A program made the position numbers and the translations under genes. A stretch of 64,000 nucleotides of DNA, taken from assembly GCA_958296135.2 (NCBI GenBank), contig CATQHZ020000001.1, positions 4,256,001 to 4,320,000 of the forward strand, written 5' to 3'. Positions 18,931 through 28,788 of this stretch are shown here, piece after piece (the first letter of the stretch is position 1; every line of letters begins with the position of its first letter). Source of the DNA: an uncultured Poribacteria bacterium. Its GTDB lineage: Bacteria; Poribacteria; WGA-4E; WGA-3G. Under the pieces are notes generated by a model, which saw only the letters and a list, made by a program, of their open reading frames with translations, did no database searches and was not told where the DNA came from.

Positions 18931-19593
18931 CTACAACTGCTTCGCGACGATAGCTTTCAAAATCTGCACGACGGCTTCGGCTTCAAAAATGCCGTTGTAG
19001 ACGCGCGAAAACGCCGCGGTGAACGTCGGTTTTTCAGTGTCAATGTCGCCGACGATACCGCGCACAAAAGTCCAACTGCCAGAGACAGCGTAGCAACCAA
19101 AAATTTCTTGCTCCGCATTCGGCGGCTCCGACTCGCCTTCCCAATTCAGTCGTGCGGCGGCGAGCATCTGGCCGTAGAGTTGCACCTGCGGGTCTGGTGC
19201 ATTCACGCCGCGCTTTGCCTCATGCACGATGAAATAAGGCTGGCGAGGCTTCCCGGCGGCAGCGGGGGCGAGGGCCCCATCTGCCGCTCCCTCTAATTGA
19301 AAGGTAGCATAGGCGGCTTTCAAGGGAACGCTTGTCCAGGCCCGAATGTAGGCTTGTTCTGCGAGGACTAACAGCGGATAGATGGCGCGCGCCCAAAGTG
19401 TGCCTTCATTCAAGACGACGAGGTTGAGATGACGTAAGATGGATTTGAGATAGTCAATTTGGGCGACTTCCGCGGAGGTTAGGCCTTCTTGCTGCACGTT
19501 ATCCCAGTTATCAGACGTATCTATCTGGATATGGAGTGCCACAAGTTCCCTGAGCGTCTCTTCAGACAACTCTGAAAAATTGTAGGTTTTCAT
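18931..19593 (-). CDS. PD-(D/E)XK-like hypothetical protein, paralog 1
   Basis: G.ADG...EAKR...QLYGQM...GSW.F pattern resembling HSDR_N-like nuclease folds. Confidence 0.75.
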   Translation of the reverse strand: MKTYNFSELSEETLRELVALHIQIDTSDNWDNVQQEGLTSAEVAQIDYLKSILRHLNLVVLNEGTLWARAIYPLLVLAEQAYIRAWTSVPLKAAYATFQLEGAADGALAPAAAGKPRQPYFIVHEAKRGVNAPDPQVQLYGQMLAAARLNWEGESEPPNAEQEIFGCYAVSGSWTFVRGIVGDIDTEKPTFTAAFSRVYNGIFEAEAVVQILKAIVAKQL

Positions 19594-19725
19594 CGTTCAT
19601 ATTCTCCCCTTTTCAGTGCAGCGTGAGCCCGCGAGGGATCAGGTTTCCCCTCGCGCTACGGACGGGACGGCCTCAAGCACATGCGCCGACTCCATTGAAC
19701 CCGAAGTGCCAGGCCCTCGCACTGT

Positions 19726-20388
19726 CTACAATTGCTTCGCGACGATAGCTTTCAAAATCTGCACGACGGCTTCGGCTTCAAAAATGCCGTTGTAGACGCG
19801 CGAAAACGCCGCGGTGAACGTCGGTTTTTCGGTGTCAATGTCGCCGACGATACCGCGCACAAAAGTCCAACTGCCAGAGACAGCGTAGCAACCAAAAATC
19901 TCTTGCTCCGCATTCGGCGGCTCCGACTCGCCTTCCCAATTCAGTCGTGCGGCGGCGAGCATCTGGCCGTAGAGTTGCACCTGCGGGTCTGGTGCATTCA
20001 CGCCGCGCTTTGCCTCATGCACGATGAAATAAGGCTGGCGAGGCTTCCCGGCGGCAGCGGGGGCGAGGGCCCCATCTGCCGCTCCCTCTAATTGAAAGGT
20101 AGCATAGGCGGCTTTCAAGGGAACACCTGCCCACGCTTGAACGTCGTCTTGTGCCGCAAACACCAGCATCGGATAAATGGCGAGGGCCCAGAGTGTCGCT
20201 TCGTTCATGACGACGAGATCGCGTTCACGCCAGATAGATATGAGGTAGTCAAGGTATCCGAGCTCTGGCGGTGTTAAACCTTCTCCCTGCATCTTCTCCC
20301 ATTCGCCAGAAACGCCTCTCTGTATATCAAGCATCACGAGTTCCCTGAGCGTTTCTTCAGACAACTCTGAAAAACTGTAGGTTTTCAT
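19726..20388 (-). CDS. PD-(D/E)XK-like hypothetical protein, paralog 2
   Basis: C-terminal ~130 aa identical to paralog 1. Confidence 0.75.
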   Translation of the reverse strand: MKTYSFSELSEETLRELVMLDIQRGVSGEWEKMQGEGLTPPELGYLDYLISIWRERDLVVMNEATLWALAIYPMLVFAAQDDVQAWAGVPLKAAYATFQLEGAADGALAPAAAGKPRQPYFIVHEAKRGVNAPDPQVQLYGQMLAAARLNWEGESEPPNAEQEIFGCYAVSGSWTFVRGIVGDIDTEKPTFTAAFSRVYNGIFEAEAVVQILKAIVAKQL

Positions 20389-20573
20389 CGTTCATATCCT
20401 CCCCTTTTCAGGGCAGCGTGAGCCCGCGAGGGACAGGCCCTCGCGCTACGGATGAGGGGGGCTCTAGTGTTCCATCGGGCGAGGGACAGGCCCTCGCACT
20501 ACGGATGAGAGGGGCTCTAGTTTGATGTCGGGCTAAGGACAGCCCCTCGCCGCGCAGCAGGTGCTCGCGCTGT

Positions 20574-21233
20574 CTACAATTGCTTCGCGACGATAGCTTT
20601 CAAAATCTGCACGATGGCTTCGGCTTCAAAAATGCTGTGATATTCGCGCGAACATGCCGCGGTGAACGTCGGTTTCTCGGTGTCAATGTCGCCGACGATA
20701 CCGCGAACGAAATTCCAACTGCCAGAGATAGCGTAGCAGCCAAAAATTTCTTGCTCCGCGGGCGGTTCTGTCTCGTCTTTCCAATTCAACCATGCGGCAG
20801 CGAGCATCTGGCCGTAGAGTTGGACACGCGGATCGGGTGCATTCACGCCGCGCTTTGCCTCATACACAACGAAATAAGGCGGTTGTGCATCCCCTGCGGC
20901 AGCGGGGGCGAGGGCCCCATCTGCGATTCCTTCCAACTGAAAGGTAGCATAGGTGGCTTTCAAGGGAACGCTTGCCCATGCCTGAACGTAGTCTTGTGCC
21001 GCAAGCACCAACATCGGATAAATGGCGAGGGCCCAGAGTGTTGCCTCGTTCATGACTACCAAGTTCCGTTCGCGCCAGATGCCTCTGAGGTAGTTAAGGT
21101 ATCCGAGCTCTGCTGGGGTTAAGTCTTCTCCCTGCAAGTCCTCCCAATTGCCAGACGTATCTATCTGGATATGGAGTGCCACAAGCTCCCTGAGCGTCTC
21201 TTCAGACAACTCTGAAAAACTGTAGGTTTTCAT
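20574..21233 (-). CDS. PD-(D/E)XK-like hypothetical protein, paralog 3
   Basis: Same family and same RBS/upstream sequence as paralogs 1 and 2. Confidence 0.75.
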   Translation of the reverse strand: MKTYSFSELSEETLRELVALHIQIDTSGNWEDLQGEDLTPAELGYLNYLRGIWRERNLVVMNEATLWALAIYPMLVLAAQDYVQAWASVPLKATYATFQLEGIADGALAPAAAGDAQPPYFVVYEAKRGVNAPDPRVQLYGQMLAAAWLNWKDETEPPAEQEIFGCYAISGSWNFVRGIVGDIDTEKPTFTAACSREYHSIFEAEAIVQILKAIVAKQL

Positions 21234-21269
21234 CGTTCATATCCTCCTCTTTTCAGGGCATCGTGAGCC

Positions 21270-21495
21270 CGCGAGGGACAGGCCCTCGCGCTACGGACGA
21301 GAGGGGCTCTAGTTTGACATCGGGCGAGGGACAGGCCCTCGCGCTACGGACGAGAGGGGCTCTAGTTTGACATCGGGCGAGAGACAGGTTTCCCCTCGCG
21401 CTACGGACGAGAGGGGCTCTAGTTTGACATCGGGCGAGAGACAGGTTTCCCCTCGCGCTACGGACGAGAGGGCTAGTGTTCCACTGTCCCTCGCC
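21270..21495. repeat. Tandem REP array (about 53-57 bp units, 4 copies)
   Basis: GCGAG(G/A)GACAGG...CCCTCGCGCTACGGACGAGAGGGGCTCTAGTTTGACATCGG repeated. Confidence 0.85.
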
Positions 21496-21518
21496 CCGCG
21501 CCCCGCGCACACCCCGGT

Positions 21519-23006
21519 TTACGTGGGACGAAATGCTCTACTGTGTCCCTGCTCCTTATATGTTTCTAACAACGCTGTCAACCGTTGGACAATCTCCGGC
21601 CGCGCCTCCCACAGATTGCGCGTTTCACCCGGGTCATCGTAGATATGATAGAGTTGTCCCGGTGTTCCCGATTTCGGCCCACCGTCACGCGGGGGAGGCC
21701 AGCCGCCTGAACCTTGTGTCCCCAGAATCAATTTCCACTCGCGGTGTCGGATGGAAAAAACACCGGTGCTGGAATGATGCACGATGGACTCGCGCAGTGG
21801 GTGTTCGGTTTTTTCGCCTAACAACGCGGGCAAGATATTGCAACTGTCCTGTCCGGCATCGTCAGGGACTTCCGTGCCGACGATAGCGGCGCAAGTCGCC
21901 ATCAAATCAGTGAGGCATGCGAGCGCATCGGTTGACGTGTTCGGTGCGATGACACCGGGCCAGCGCGCAATCAACGGTTCGCGGTGGCCGCCTTCCCAGA
22001 TATGCGCCTTGTAACCGCGCCAATCCCCGCATGACTTGTGGTTGTAGAGATGATAGGGCATTGGAGTGGTATCGCCTTGAATTCTGTCGCCGGGCAGCGC
22101 GCCGTTATCACTCGTGACGCAGATGAGCGTGTCGGCAGTTTTGCCCGTGCGTTCCAAGGCATCCATGACTTGTCCCACCATCCAATCGACGAGCCATACC
22201 AGATCGCCGCGGGGGCCGGCCCGGCTCTGTCCCCGCGCGAAGTCTGGCACGACTGCCTCCGTGCACGGCTCATGCGGCGCGGAAGGCGTAAGATAGAGGA
22301 AGAACGGTGCATCCGCATCGGCTTGTGCTTCAATATATGCCACCGCTTTTTGCGCGATAAGCACATCGGCGTTTTTATGTTCCCAGCTCGGTGCCATCCT
22401 GCCCGGCCGACTCGTAAACTCAGGGACTTCGTGATAGACGCTGGGGATTTCCACGAACGCGTCGTTCTCAATGAAGCCGTAGGGCGGCTGGCAGGTGGGG
22501 CACCCTGCGTTGCCGTAGAAATAGTCAAACCCTAAGTCAACAGGGCCACCTGTCAGCGGCGCGGTGAAGTCAATATGTTCCTCCAATTCGCGGCCCGCAT
22601 TCTGCCAGGGTAGCGGCGCGTTGAAATCGTAATCGTAACCCGGCACCGTTGAAAAGCCGAGCCCCAAATGCCATTTGCCGACACATGCGGTGTTGTAACC
22701 GGCACCTTGCAGCAGACTCGCTACCGTCATGCGTTCCGGCTCAATGAGGGGTGGTTCGTAGCCGTAAAGCACACCGTGTTTGAGGCGGCTCCGCCAGCAG
22801 TATCTGCCGGTGAGGACACCGTATCGAGTCGGCGTGCAGACAGCAGAAGGAGAGTGCGCATCGGTGAAGCGAATTCCCGCCCCCGCGAGTTTGTCCATAT
22901 TCGGCGTTGGGATTTGCGAGTCAGGGTTATAGCATCCGACATCGCCGTATCCCATATCGTCTGCCATGATAAAGACGATGTTTGGTGATGAAGCCTGTTT
23001 TTGCAT
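21519..23006 (-). CDS. Arylsulfatase (formylglycine-dependent sulfatase)
   Basis: PNIVFIMADDMG, CTPTR..LTGR, GKWHLG, SDNG and EGGHR motifs. Confidence 0.95.
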   Translation of the reverse strand: MQKQASSPNIVFIMADDMGYGDVGCYNPDSQIPTPNMDKLAGAGIRFTDAHSPSAVCTPTRYGVLTGRYCWRSRLKHGVLYGYEPPLIEPERMTVASLLQGAGYNTACVGKWHLGLGFSTVPGYDYDFNAPLPWQNAGRELEEHIDFTAPLTGGPVDLGFDYFYGNAGCPTCQPPYGFIENDAFVEIPSVYHEVPEFTSRPGRMAPSWEHKNADVLIAQKAVAYIEAQADADAPFFLYLTPSAPHEPCTEAVVPDFARGQSRAGPRGDLVWLVDWMVGQVMDALERTGKTADTLICVTSDNGALPGDRIQGDTTPMPYHLYNHKSCGDWRGYKAHIWEGGHREPLIARWPGVIAPNTSTDALACLTDLMATCAAIVGTEVPDDAGQDSCNILPALLGEKTEHPLRESIVHHSSTGVFSIRHREWKLILGTQGSGGWPPPRDGGPKSGTPGQLYHIYDDPGETRNLWEARPEIVQRLTALLETYKEQGHSRAFRPT

Positions 23007-23225
23007 AGTATACCTGCCTGAATGGAGCGGTTTCTTGCGTTTCTCATGCTTATTCAAAAGCGGCCCGCAGCTCGGCAACGGAGTCCCAGTGAAACCCGAC
23101 GATGTCGATGATTCCCGCAAGATGGCCGATAAAGCAGCCATCTTCAGTGTTTGCCTGACGTTTATTTACTGGCAGTTATGATAACGGCATCCGCTATTAA
23201 GCGCAAGTTGTTCCGTTTTCAGGTG

Positions 23226-24299
23226 TTACTTTTGGACTTTCGCCTTCAATTCAGCCAGGTCATTCTCAATTGCCGCTTCTTCGGCATAACTGGCAAATTC
23301 CCGTTCTCGCGTTGCATCCGTGAGCTCAACATCCGCTTCCGCCGCCGCCTTTGCCAAGGTGGAGGCCTCATTGGTATCGCGCTCCATTTGGCTCAGCATC
23401 TCCACGGCCTGGCTGCCCTGGAGCTCTTCCAGCATCTGCTGGAGATGTTCGTGCGCGTCAACGTTCCTATGCTGCGCGATGACGACATCGCGCTTTTGCC
23501 GCGTCTCCGCCGTTTTCTGTTGCAGTGTCTCCAAGAGCGCGGTGAGTTGCGCGACGATTTGTTGTTGCTCCTCCCACTGCGCTTTGTATCGGTTCGCGAG
23601 TTGCCGGTAGTCGTTGCGGTGCCCGAGGTCTTCGCGAGCCAAGTCCTCGCGCCCGGCTTGGATAGCGATAGCGGCGCGTTCTTCACACCGTTCGGCTTGT
23701 GCCAGCGCGCCTTCATAAGCGTCCCGCAGCTGTTTTTCTATGCCGACAGAGGCATCCACTTTCTGGCGCGCCTCGACGAGCCGGTTCGTCATCTCAAGGA
23801 TGGCATCGTCTAACACCTTTTCTGCATCCTCGGTTTCCGGCACTTCTACTGCCTCAGGTTCAGATTCTGGTTCCGCATCCACAACAACCGTGCGAGCCAA
23901 CTTATCCCCCAATCTTTGCCGCTTTTTCCCGAAACCCCAAACCAGATCGAGCGGTTGGAGGACCAGGCCGGTAAAACGGCGCACGAACGAATCTTTGAAG
24001 GTGCCCGGTTTGCCGTCTTTGAGTCGGACTACCCGCAGCGACATCACCCTTTTGCCGAGGCCCTGTCCGTTTCTGAGTCCATCAATGAAGAGTGCTCCGA
24101 ATGTCCACAACGCAAAAGATAGAGCCATAAAAACAGCAATTGCCGGGTCTGACGGCGAATGGTGCGACAGCAGCGTGAATATCACGGTCAAAATCACTTG
24201 GACAACAGATAAAAACGCCCCATCAATGAATAACGCAACCGTGCGTGCCATTCGGGAAGCCAATGTGAACTTTTTTCCGGCGATTTTAAGAGTCTGCAT
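23226..24299 (-). CDS. RDD-family membrane domain fused to a PspA/IM30 coiled-coil domain, copy 1
   Basis: R.VALFID, GQGLGK...V, QRLGD.LA.T.VV, then E.A..A...GREDLAR (PspA signature). Confidence 0.85.
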   Translation of the reverse strand: MQTLKIAGKKFTLASRMARTVALFIDGAFLSVVQVILTVIFTLLSHHSPSDPAIAVFMALSFALWTFGALFIDGLRNGQGLGKRVMSLRVVRLKDGKPGTFKDSFVRRFTGLVLQPLDLVWGFGKKRQRLGDKLARTVVVDAEPESEPEAVEVPETEDAEKVLDDAILEMTNRLVEARQKVDASVGIEKQLRDAYEGALAQAERCEERAAIAIQAGREDLAREDLGHRNDYRQLANRYKAQWEEQQQIVAQLTALLETLQQKTAETRQKRDVVIAQHRNVDAHEHLQQMLEELQGSQAVEMLSQMERDTNEASTLAKAAAEADVELTDATREREFASYAEEAAIENDLAELKAKVQK

Positions 24300-24353
24300 A
24301 AGCCATCTCCTCCGAAAGGGATGCGAGAGCCCGCTCCGCGTCGGGCAAAGGGG

Positions 24354-25574
24354 TTAGCGCGTTCGCTCGGGCTCAGCGTCCGCGCGGACCGGTTTATGCT
24401 GAAATTTCGTCTTTAACTCGGTGAGCTCTTCGTCAATCGATGCTTCTTCGGCATAACTGGCAAATTCCCGTTCTCGCGTTGCATCCGTGAGCTCAACATC
24501 CACGCCCGCCGCTGCCTTTGCCAAGGTGGAGGCCTCTGTCACGTCTTGCTCCATCTTCTCAAGCAGTTCAAAAGCTTGGCTATCCTGAACTTCTTCCAGC
24601 ATCTGCTGGAGATGTTCGTGCGCGTCAACGTTTCTGTGCTGCGCGATGACGACATCGCGCTTTCGCTGCGTCTCCGCCGTTTTCTGCTGCAGTGTCTCCA
24701 AGAGCGCGGTGAGTTGCGCGACGATTTGTTGTTGCTCCTCCCACTGCGCTTTGTATCGGTTCGCGAGTTGCCGGTAGCTGTTGCGGTGCCCGAGGTCTTC
24801 GCGAGCCAAGTCCTCGCGCCCGGCTTGGACAGCGATAGCGGCGCGTTCTTCACACCGTTCGGCTTGCACTAGCGCGCCTTCGTAAGCGTCCCGCAGCTGC
24901 TTTTCTATGCCGATGGATGCATCCACTTTTTGTCGCGCCTCGGCGAGCCGGTTCGTCATCTCAAGAATGGCATCGTCTAAGATTTTTTCGGGTGCCTCCG
25001 TTTCGGTGGGCTCGATTTCCTCAACTTCCGATGCTAAATTGACTACCACCGTTTCAGCAAACTTATCACCCATCCGTTGCCGCTTTTTGCCGAAGGACCA
25101 GAAAAAGTCCAACGGTTGGAAGATGCCCGCGAAACGGCGAACAAAGGAATCCTTGAAGGTGACCGGTTTTCCATCCTTTACACGGATAACCTGGAGCGAC
25201 AGCAGTTTTTTCCCAAGCCCTTGCCCGTTTTTGAAGCCATCCATGAAAACCATACCGAAGGCCCATAAGGTAGGCGCAAGCCAAGGAAACGGATGAAAAT
25301 GGCCTTGCCTCAAGGAGAACGGCAACAGCAGGAAAACCATAGCTAACTGCGTGATAACCAGCGTGTTAGAACGCAAATTGCTTTTGCGTCCAAATATCCA
25401 CAAGGCGGCACTGAGGAACGCGAAAAATAGCACAGGATGAACTGCTGATTGAAGAAGAAGGAGCAGCAGGATGGAAGCAGCTAAGAGCGTCCCCTCTACA
25501 AAGAACGCGAACAACCGGGATAACCGGGAAGCCAATTGGAACGTTTGCCCTGCGATTTTAATAGATTTCATCAT
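24354..25574 (-). CDS. RDD-PspA/IM30 fusion, copy 2
   Basis: Same architecture with an extended hydrophobic region; PspA part nearly identical to copy 1. Confidence 0.85.
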   Translation of the reverse strand: MMKSIKIAGQTFQLASRLSRLFAFFVEGTLLAASILLLLLLQSAVHPVLFFAFLSAALWIFGRKSNLRSNTLVITQLAMVFLLLPFSLRQGHFHPFPWLAPTLWAFGMVFMDGFKNGQGLGKKLLSLQVIRVKDGKPVTFKDSFVRRFAGIFQPLDFFWSFGKKRQRMGDKFAETVVVNLASEVEEIEPTETEAPEKILDDAILEMTNRLAEARQKVDASIGIEKQLRDAYEGALVQAERCEERAAIAVQAGREDLAREDLGHRNSYRQLANRYKAQWEEQQQIVAQLTALLETLQQKTAETQRKRDVVIAQHRNVDAHEHLQQMLEEVQDSQAFELLEKMEQDVTEASTLAKAAAGVDVELTDATREREFASYAEEASIDEELTELKTKFQHKPVRADAEPERTR

Positions 25575-25777
25575 GCACATCCTTCGTTTGCGTTTGAGAA
25601 ACGTCGCGCGTTGAGATGGTTCACTAAGTGTATAGAGACAACCACCGCTAAAAAGGATAGTGAAATTTTGCAACAAGATTAGCGGACATTTGCACTTCGT
25701 CCCTCTAATCCTGAAGAACTTGATTCAGCGGAAAAAAGCATCGCTGAGGTGCACAGTGCCGTCCAATTCAATCTCCA

Positions 25778-26836
25778 TTACAGCGTCGGCACCGTCACTG
25801 CCACCTCGCGGCCTCCGTTTTCAGACGAATCGATAACTCCCTGAATGATAACGTTGGTGAGCATCACGCCGTAAGCATCGATTGGTGACGGTTTGCCCTC
25901 GCGGACAGCATCAATAAACGCGGTATCTTCCGCGCGGAACACGTCAACCGCCTCAAATTCAGTGAACGCCTCGTCGTGGATTTCGCCCGCTTTGTCGCCG
26001 TAGACGCGCACGCCGTCCTGCGGCCCGCGCACCTCGCCGACACCGAGCCGGAGCCCCGCCTTTTTACCGAGGAAAATCGTGCCGCCGAGGGAGTCCATGT
26101 TCATGCACCAGCAAGTCTTGAATACCATCCGCGCACCATTCTCAAAAACCACCCAACCGATGCCGAAATCTTCCACCTCTGTCTCGCGCAGCGCAGGATT
26201 CCACGTGTTGTGCCGGCTGAGGTAGTTGGAGGTTATCCCCGAAACCGCGACCGGCTTGGGATGCCCCATCAGATAGAGTGCCGTATCCAACGCATAAACG
26301 CCGATGTCAGCCGATGCGCCCAGGCCGGCTGTCGCCTTGCGGATGAAACTGCCGCCCGGGTTGCCGCGTCGCCGGTCCGCCACGGTTTCGACGTAGTAGA
26401 TATCGCCGAGTGTGCCAGCGTCAACGATTTCCTTCGCCTTGATTACCTGCGCCGAATAGCGGAGTTTGAGTCCTACCATCAAGATTTTATCGTTTTCCTG
26501 AGCGGCACGCCACATCGCAGCGGCTGCGTCCAGCGTCGCCTCCATCGGCTTCTCACAGAAGACATGTTTGCCAGCGTTCAGCGCGGCGACGGTAGGTGGC
26601 GCATGCACGCCTGTCGGGGTGCAGACGTAGACTGCCTCGATCTCGTCCATTTTGAGCATTTCGTTGTAATCGCGAAAAGTTTGCTTAATGCCCCACCGTT
26701 CTTTCGCGCGCTCCAAGTTTGCAGGAACAAGATCTGCCGCGGCGATAATCTCCGCGCCATCAATGTTCGCGAGCGTTCCGCAGTGTGCCTGCGCGATGCC
26801 GCCCGCACCAATCAGCCCTAGTTTCACTGTTCTCAT
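25778..26836 (-). CDS. Gfo/Idh/MocA family oxidoreductase
   Basis: GLIGAGGI and GKHVFCEKP motifs. Confidence 0.93.
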   Translation of the reverse strand: MRTVKLGLIGAGGIAQAHCGTLANIDGAEIIAAADLVPANLERAKERWGIKQTFRDYNEMLKMDEIEAVYVCTPTGVHAPPTVAALNAGKHVFCEKPMEATLDAAAAMWRAAQENDKILMVGLKLRYSAQVIKAKEIVDAGTLGDIYYVETVADRRRGNPGGSFIRKATAGLGASADIGVYALDTALYLMGHPKPVAVSGITSNYLSRHNTWNPALRETEVEDFGIGWVVFENGARMVFKTCWCMNMDSLGGTIFLGKKAGLRLGVGEVRGPQDGVRVYGDKAGEIHDEAFTEFEAVDVFRAEDTAFIDAVREGKPSPIDAYGVMLTNVIIQGVIDSSENGGREVAVTVPTL

Positions 26837-27013
26837 TTCATCTCCTCATTTTGGGCCAGGGGCCCTTCTACAAGTTCTGTTTTATTATTTCCGTCCATCT
26901 TATTAGTGCATTTTAACGAATTCTGCTTTGGAAGTCAAGGAAAATTGTTTGAAATAATTCTCAGTGTGGGGTATAGTGCAACCATACGACTACATTCGCG
27001 GAGGAAAACTGTT

Positions 27014-28060
27014 GTGAAAGCGGCACAATTCTATGGCGGAAAAGACATCAGGGTAGAAACCGTCCCAGACCCGAGGCCACAAGCCGGACAAGTGCTCGTG
27101 CAAGTCGAAGCAACCGGCATCTGTGGCAGTGACCTGCACGGGTATCACCATTCACCGGAAAAGCCTTTGTCACCGCGCATTGGGGGGCATGAATTAACGG
27201 GACAGATTATTGATACAGGCAGGGAAACGAGCGACTCTCCCTCGCATATCAAGCGCGGCGGACGGGTTGCGATTGAACCGATTGTCCCGTGCAATACCTG
27301 CCCGGAATGCCTCAATGGTTATTATAACATCTGTGCCAAGTTGCGGCATGGCGGTGGCGGGTTCGCGGAGTTCATGGTTGCTCCCATTTCCAACGCGTAT
27401 GCATTGCCGGATAGCGTTTCTGCTGAGGGCGGTGCGTTGGCAGAGGTGTACGCTGTCGCCGTTCACGCTGTCAACCGGGCGATGGTTTCTCCCGGCGACC
27501 GGGTTGCGATTATCGGCAGCGGGCCTGTCGGGCTGACGATTGCGCAGGTAGCGGACATTGCAGGGGCCACCTCTATCGCTATGTTGGGGAAGCCGGATGG
27601 CCCCCTCCAAATCGCCCACGAAGCGGTAGCAGCTGTGCCAATCAACGTTGATAAAACGGATGCCGTTGCGGCGATTCAGGAGTGGAGCGATGGCAGGGGC
27701 GCGGATGTCGTCTTTGAAGCTGTCGGCGGCACGGCGAATACGCTGGAACAGGCAACGGAGATAGCGGCGAAACGGGGGAGAGTCTGCATGGTAGGCGGCC
27801 ATCGCACGCCGCTCACCTTTTCCGAGCGGTTCGCGCGGAGCCGAGAGCTTACCATCACCTGGTCCTTCTGTTACGGCAGGCGCGGCGGGAAAACAGAATT
27901 CCAAATCGCCATCGATTTGCTCGCCGCTGGCAAACTCGATCCGAATCCCTTGGTAACGCATCGGTTCGGTTTGGACGATATTACCGAAGCATTCGCTGTT
28001 GCCGCCGGACGAGATGAACACGGTTCAGTCAAAGTGCTCGTTTTCCCGCAATCGGCTTGA
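27014..28060 (+). CDS. Zinc-dependent alcohol/sugar dehydrogenase (MDR family)
   Basis: GICGSD, GHE, CxxCxxC...C and GSGPVG motifs; GTG start. Confidence 0.93.
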   Translation: MKAAQFYGGKDIRVETVPDPRPQAGQVLVQVEATGICGSDLHGYHHSPEKPLSPRIGGHELTGQIIDTGRETSDSPSHIKRGGRVAIEPIVPCNTCPECLNGYYNICAKLRHGGGGFAEFMVAPISNAYALPDSVSAEGGALAEVYAVAVHAVNRAMVSPGDRVAIIGSGPVGLTIAQVADIAGATSIAMLGKPDGPLQIAHEAVAAVPINVDKTDAVAAIQEWSDGRGADVVFEAVGGTANTLEQATEIAAKRGRVCMVGGHRTPLTFSERFARSRELTITWSFCYGRRGGKTEFQIAIDLLAAGKLDPNPLVTHRFGLDDITEAFAVAAGRDEHGSVKVLVFPQSA

Positions 28061-28102
28061 TAGCGTAGGGCGATGCCCTGGGCCACGCCATGGAGTCAAA
28101 AA

Positions 28103-28738
28103 ATGGAATCTCTTAATCTACTTGTTTTTGTTGGAACGGAAGGTATCTACCACGCTCATGCAGAGAACGGGCAGTTCCTCACGGCACTGCTCAACGAATC
28201 TGACGCTATTACCGCCACCTTTTCGCAAGACGACGATGTGCTTGCGGATGGGCTCGGCGCGTATCACGTCGCGCTTTTCTACACCGATGTCGGAGAACTG
28301 ACAGCGGCACAAGAGGCAGGGCTGCTGCGCTTTATCAAAGCAGGCGGCGGCTTTTTCGGCTTACACACCGCCGCTGCATCCTTCCGAGAATCTGAGGGAT
28401 ACCACGGCATGCTCAACGGATTTTTCAACGGGCACAGTCCCTACATGGACTTCACCGTCACCGTGAGCGATGCCGCGCATCCGATTACGGAACGGTTATC
28501 CGATTTTGATGTCACGGATGAGCTCTATTATCTGAGGCATGACGCTGGTGCCTCGCACCACCTCATGCACGCGTATGATAAGACGAAGGACGAGACGCAC
28601 GTCATGGCGTTTCACCATGCGTATGGCGCGGGGCGAGTCTTCTACTTCGCGCTGGGGCACGACATGGCAGTGCTTGAGAATCCGAGTTTTCAGGAAGTCA
28701 TCCGCCGGGGGGCGTTGTGGGCGGGCCGGCGGATTTAG
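28103..28738 (+). CDS. ThuA-like (class I glutamine amidotransferase-like) domain protein
   Basis: GGGFFGLH, HPIT, DELY and GRVFYFALGH motifs. Confidence 0.88.
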   Translation: MESLNLLVFVGTEGIYHAHAENGQFLTALLNESDAITATFSQDDDVLADGLGAYHVALFYTDVGELTAAQEAGLLRFIKAGGGFFGLHTAAASFRESEGYHGMLNGFFNGHSPYMDFTVTVSDAAHPITERLSDFDVTDELYYLRHDAGASHHLMHAYDKTKDETHVMAFHHAYGAGRVFYFALGHDMAVLENPSFQEVIRRGALWAGRRI

Positions 28739-28788
28739 GGGGTGTCACCGGCTGCAGCTCCATTGGTATAATGAGGCGCGGCACTGCC

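Noticed and set aside
18931-21233. Paralog array as a diversity-generating retroelement or integron
   Set aside because: No reverse transcriptase or integrase in the window; differences are block-wise and not adenine-specific; no attC pattern recognised.
21270-21495. Regularly spaced repeats as a CRISPR array
   Set aside because: The intervening sequences are identical rather than unique; this is a tandem REP array.
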